Source: Rhizaria sp. SCN 62-66 (Eukaryota). Taken from it: DNA of 38,726 bases. The DNA lies in assembly GCA_001724265.1 (NCBI GenBank), contig MEDY01000115.1, forward strand, positions 62,001 to 100,726, read 5' to 3'. Numbering within the stretch: position 1 is the stretch's first letter; the number at the start of each line of letters is the position of its first letter. The notes beneath the pieces were generated by a model. It ran no database searches, had not been told where the DNA came from, and saw nothing but the letters and a program-made list of their open reading frames with translations. Shown piece by piece: positions 38,122-38,726 of this stretch. The translations under genes were made by a program, and so were the position numbers.

Positions 38122-38197
38122 ACACACACAAAAAAAACACGAAATAACGAAAACGCATGTTAAAGCAAAGACGGAAAAGCTTACTTGTCGGCTGCCA

Positions 38198-38726
38198 TCA
38201 CAGCACAGCTGCATCGGCCTCGGTGCCCGCAGTGGCCGCGTCCGCGCCCGCGTCAGGCGCGTCGCCGCCGTCGCCGCCTTCGGCCTCGGCTTCGACAGCG
38301 CTGGGCTCGGCGTCTCCGTCTGCGTCGTGGGGCTCGTCGTCCCCGCGGTCGCCGTTGTCGCCGTTGTCGTCCACGACAGGCAACGCCTGTTCACCGGTGG
38401 GTTTCCCGTCGTCGCCGGCGGCCGCGGGGCCCTTGCGCTGTTCGGAGTCCAGCTCCCAGGGCGCGGGCGTCGGAAACATCGTCTCGAAGGTGTCCGCAAA
38501 ACGGTCCGCGTAGTCCGGTGGCGCGTCCCCTTCGATCGCGTCGTTGAGACATACAAACGGTCGGTTGCGGCGTCGGCCCGCGAACATGGACTGGATGCGG
38601 GTAAAGAGCGCGTCCGGGTCTTCTAAGTGCTTGTTGGAGATGCCTAAGTAGGACACCGACGAGCCCTGGAGGGGGGACCGCGCGTGGTACAAGGGACGGT
38701 ACGGCAAGTGCATTTGCATCATGACA
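38198..38726 (-). CDS. 3' end of a second GNPTAB-like Stealth paralog (CR4 plus acidic tail); the 5' part lies outside the window
   Basis: LPYRPLYHARSPLQGSSVSYLGIS...FVCLNDAIEGDAP...FPTPAPWE aligns colinearly with LPYRPMYHAHTPLRGSSVAYMGIS...FACLNDAIQGDVP...FPTPAPWE of the upstream gene. Stop TGA. Confidence 0.9.
   Translation of the reverse strand, partial: VMMQMHLPYRPLYHARSPLQGSSVSYLGISNKHLEDPDALFTRIQSMFAGRRRNRPFVCLNDAIEGDAPPDYADRFADTFETMFPTPAPWELDSEQRKGPAAAGDDGKPTGEQALPVVDDNGDNGDRGDDEPHDADGDAEPSAVEAEAEGGDGGDAPDAGADAATAGTEADAAVL

Overview
Eukaryotic (protist-like, probably flagellated) nuclear DNA with GC-rich exons, short AT-rich spliceosomal introns (122-274 nt) and proteins heavily expanded by Ala/Ser/Asn/Gln low-complexity inserts. 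Eight genes can be supported by manual translation and splicing. They are an SDR oxidoreductase (-, runs off the left edge and is missing from the ORF track), an SLC30A9/ZnT9-like CDF transporter (-), an N-acylated RGS+PAS-like protein (+), an alkaline ceramidase (-), a CFAP70-like axonemal protein (+), a CGFS monothiol glutaredoxin (-), a GNPTAB-like Stealth GlcNAc-1-phosphotransferase (+), and the 3' end of a second Stealth paralog (-). The most notable signal is that the Stealth gene is one continuous reading frame interrupted by three in-frame TAG codons (28417, 29860, 33361), while all seven visible gene ends use TAA or TGA. This points to UAG being decoded as sense (best fit Gln), by code reassignment or readthrough; pseudogenisation is the main alternative. 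All family assignments come from recalled motifs, not from database searches.
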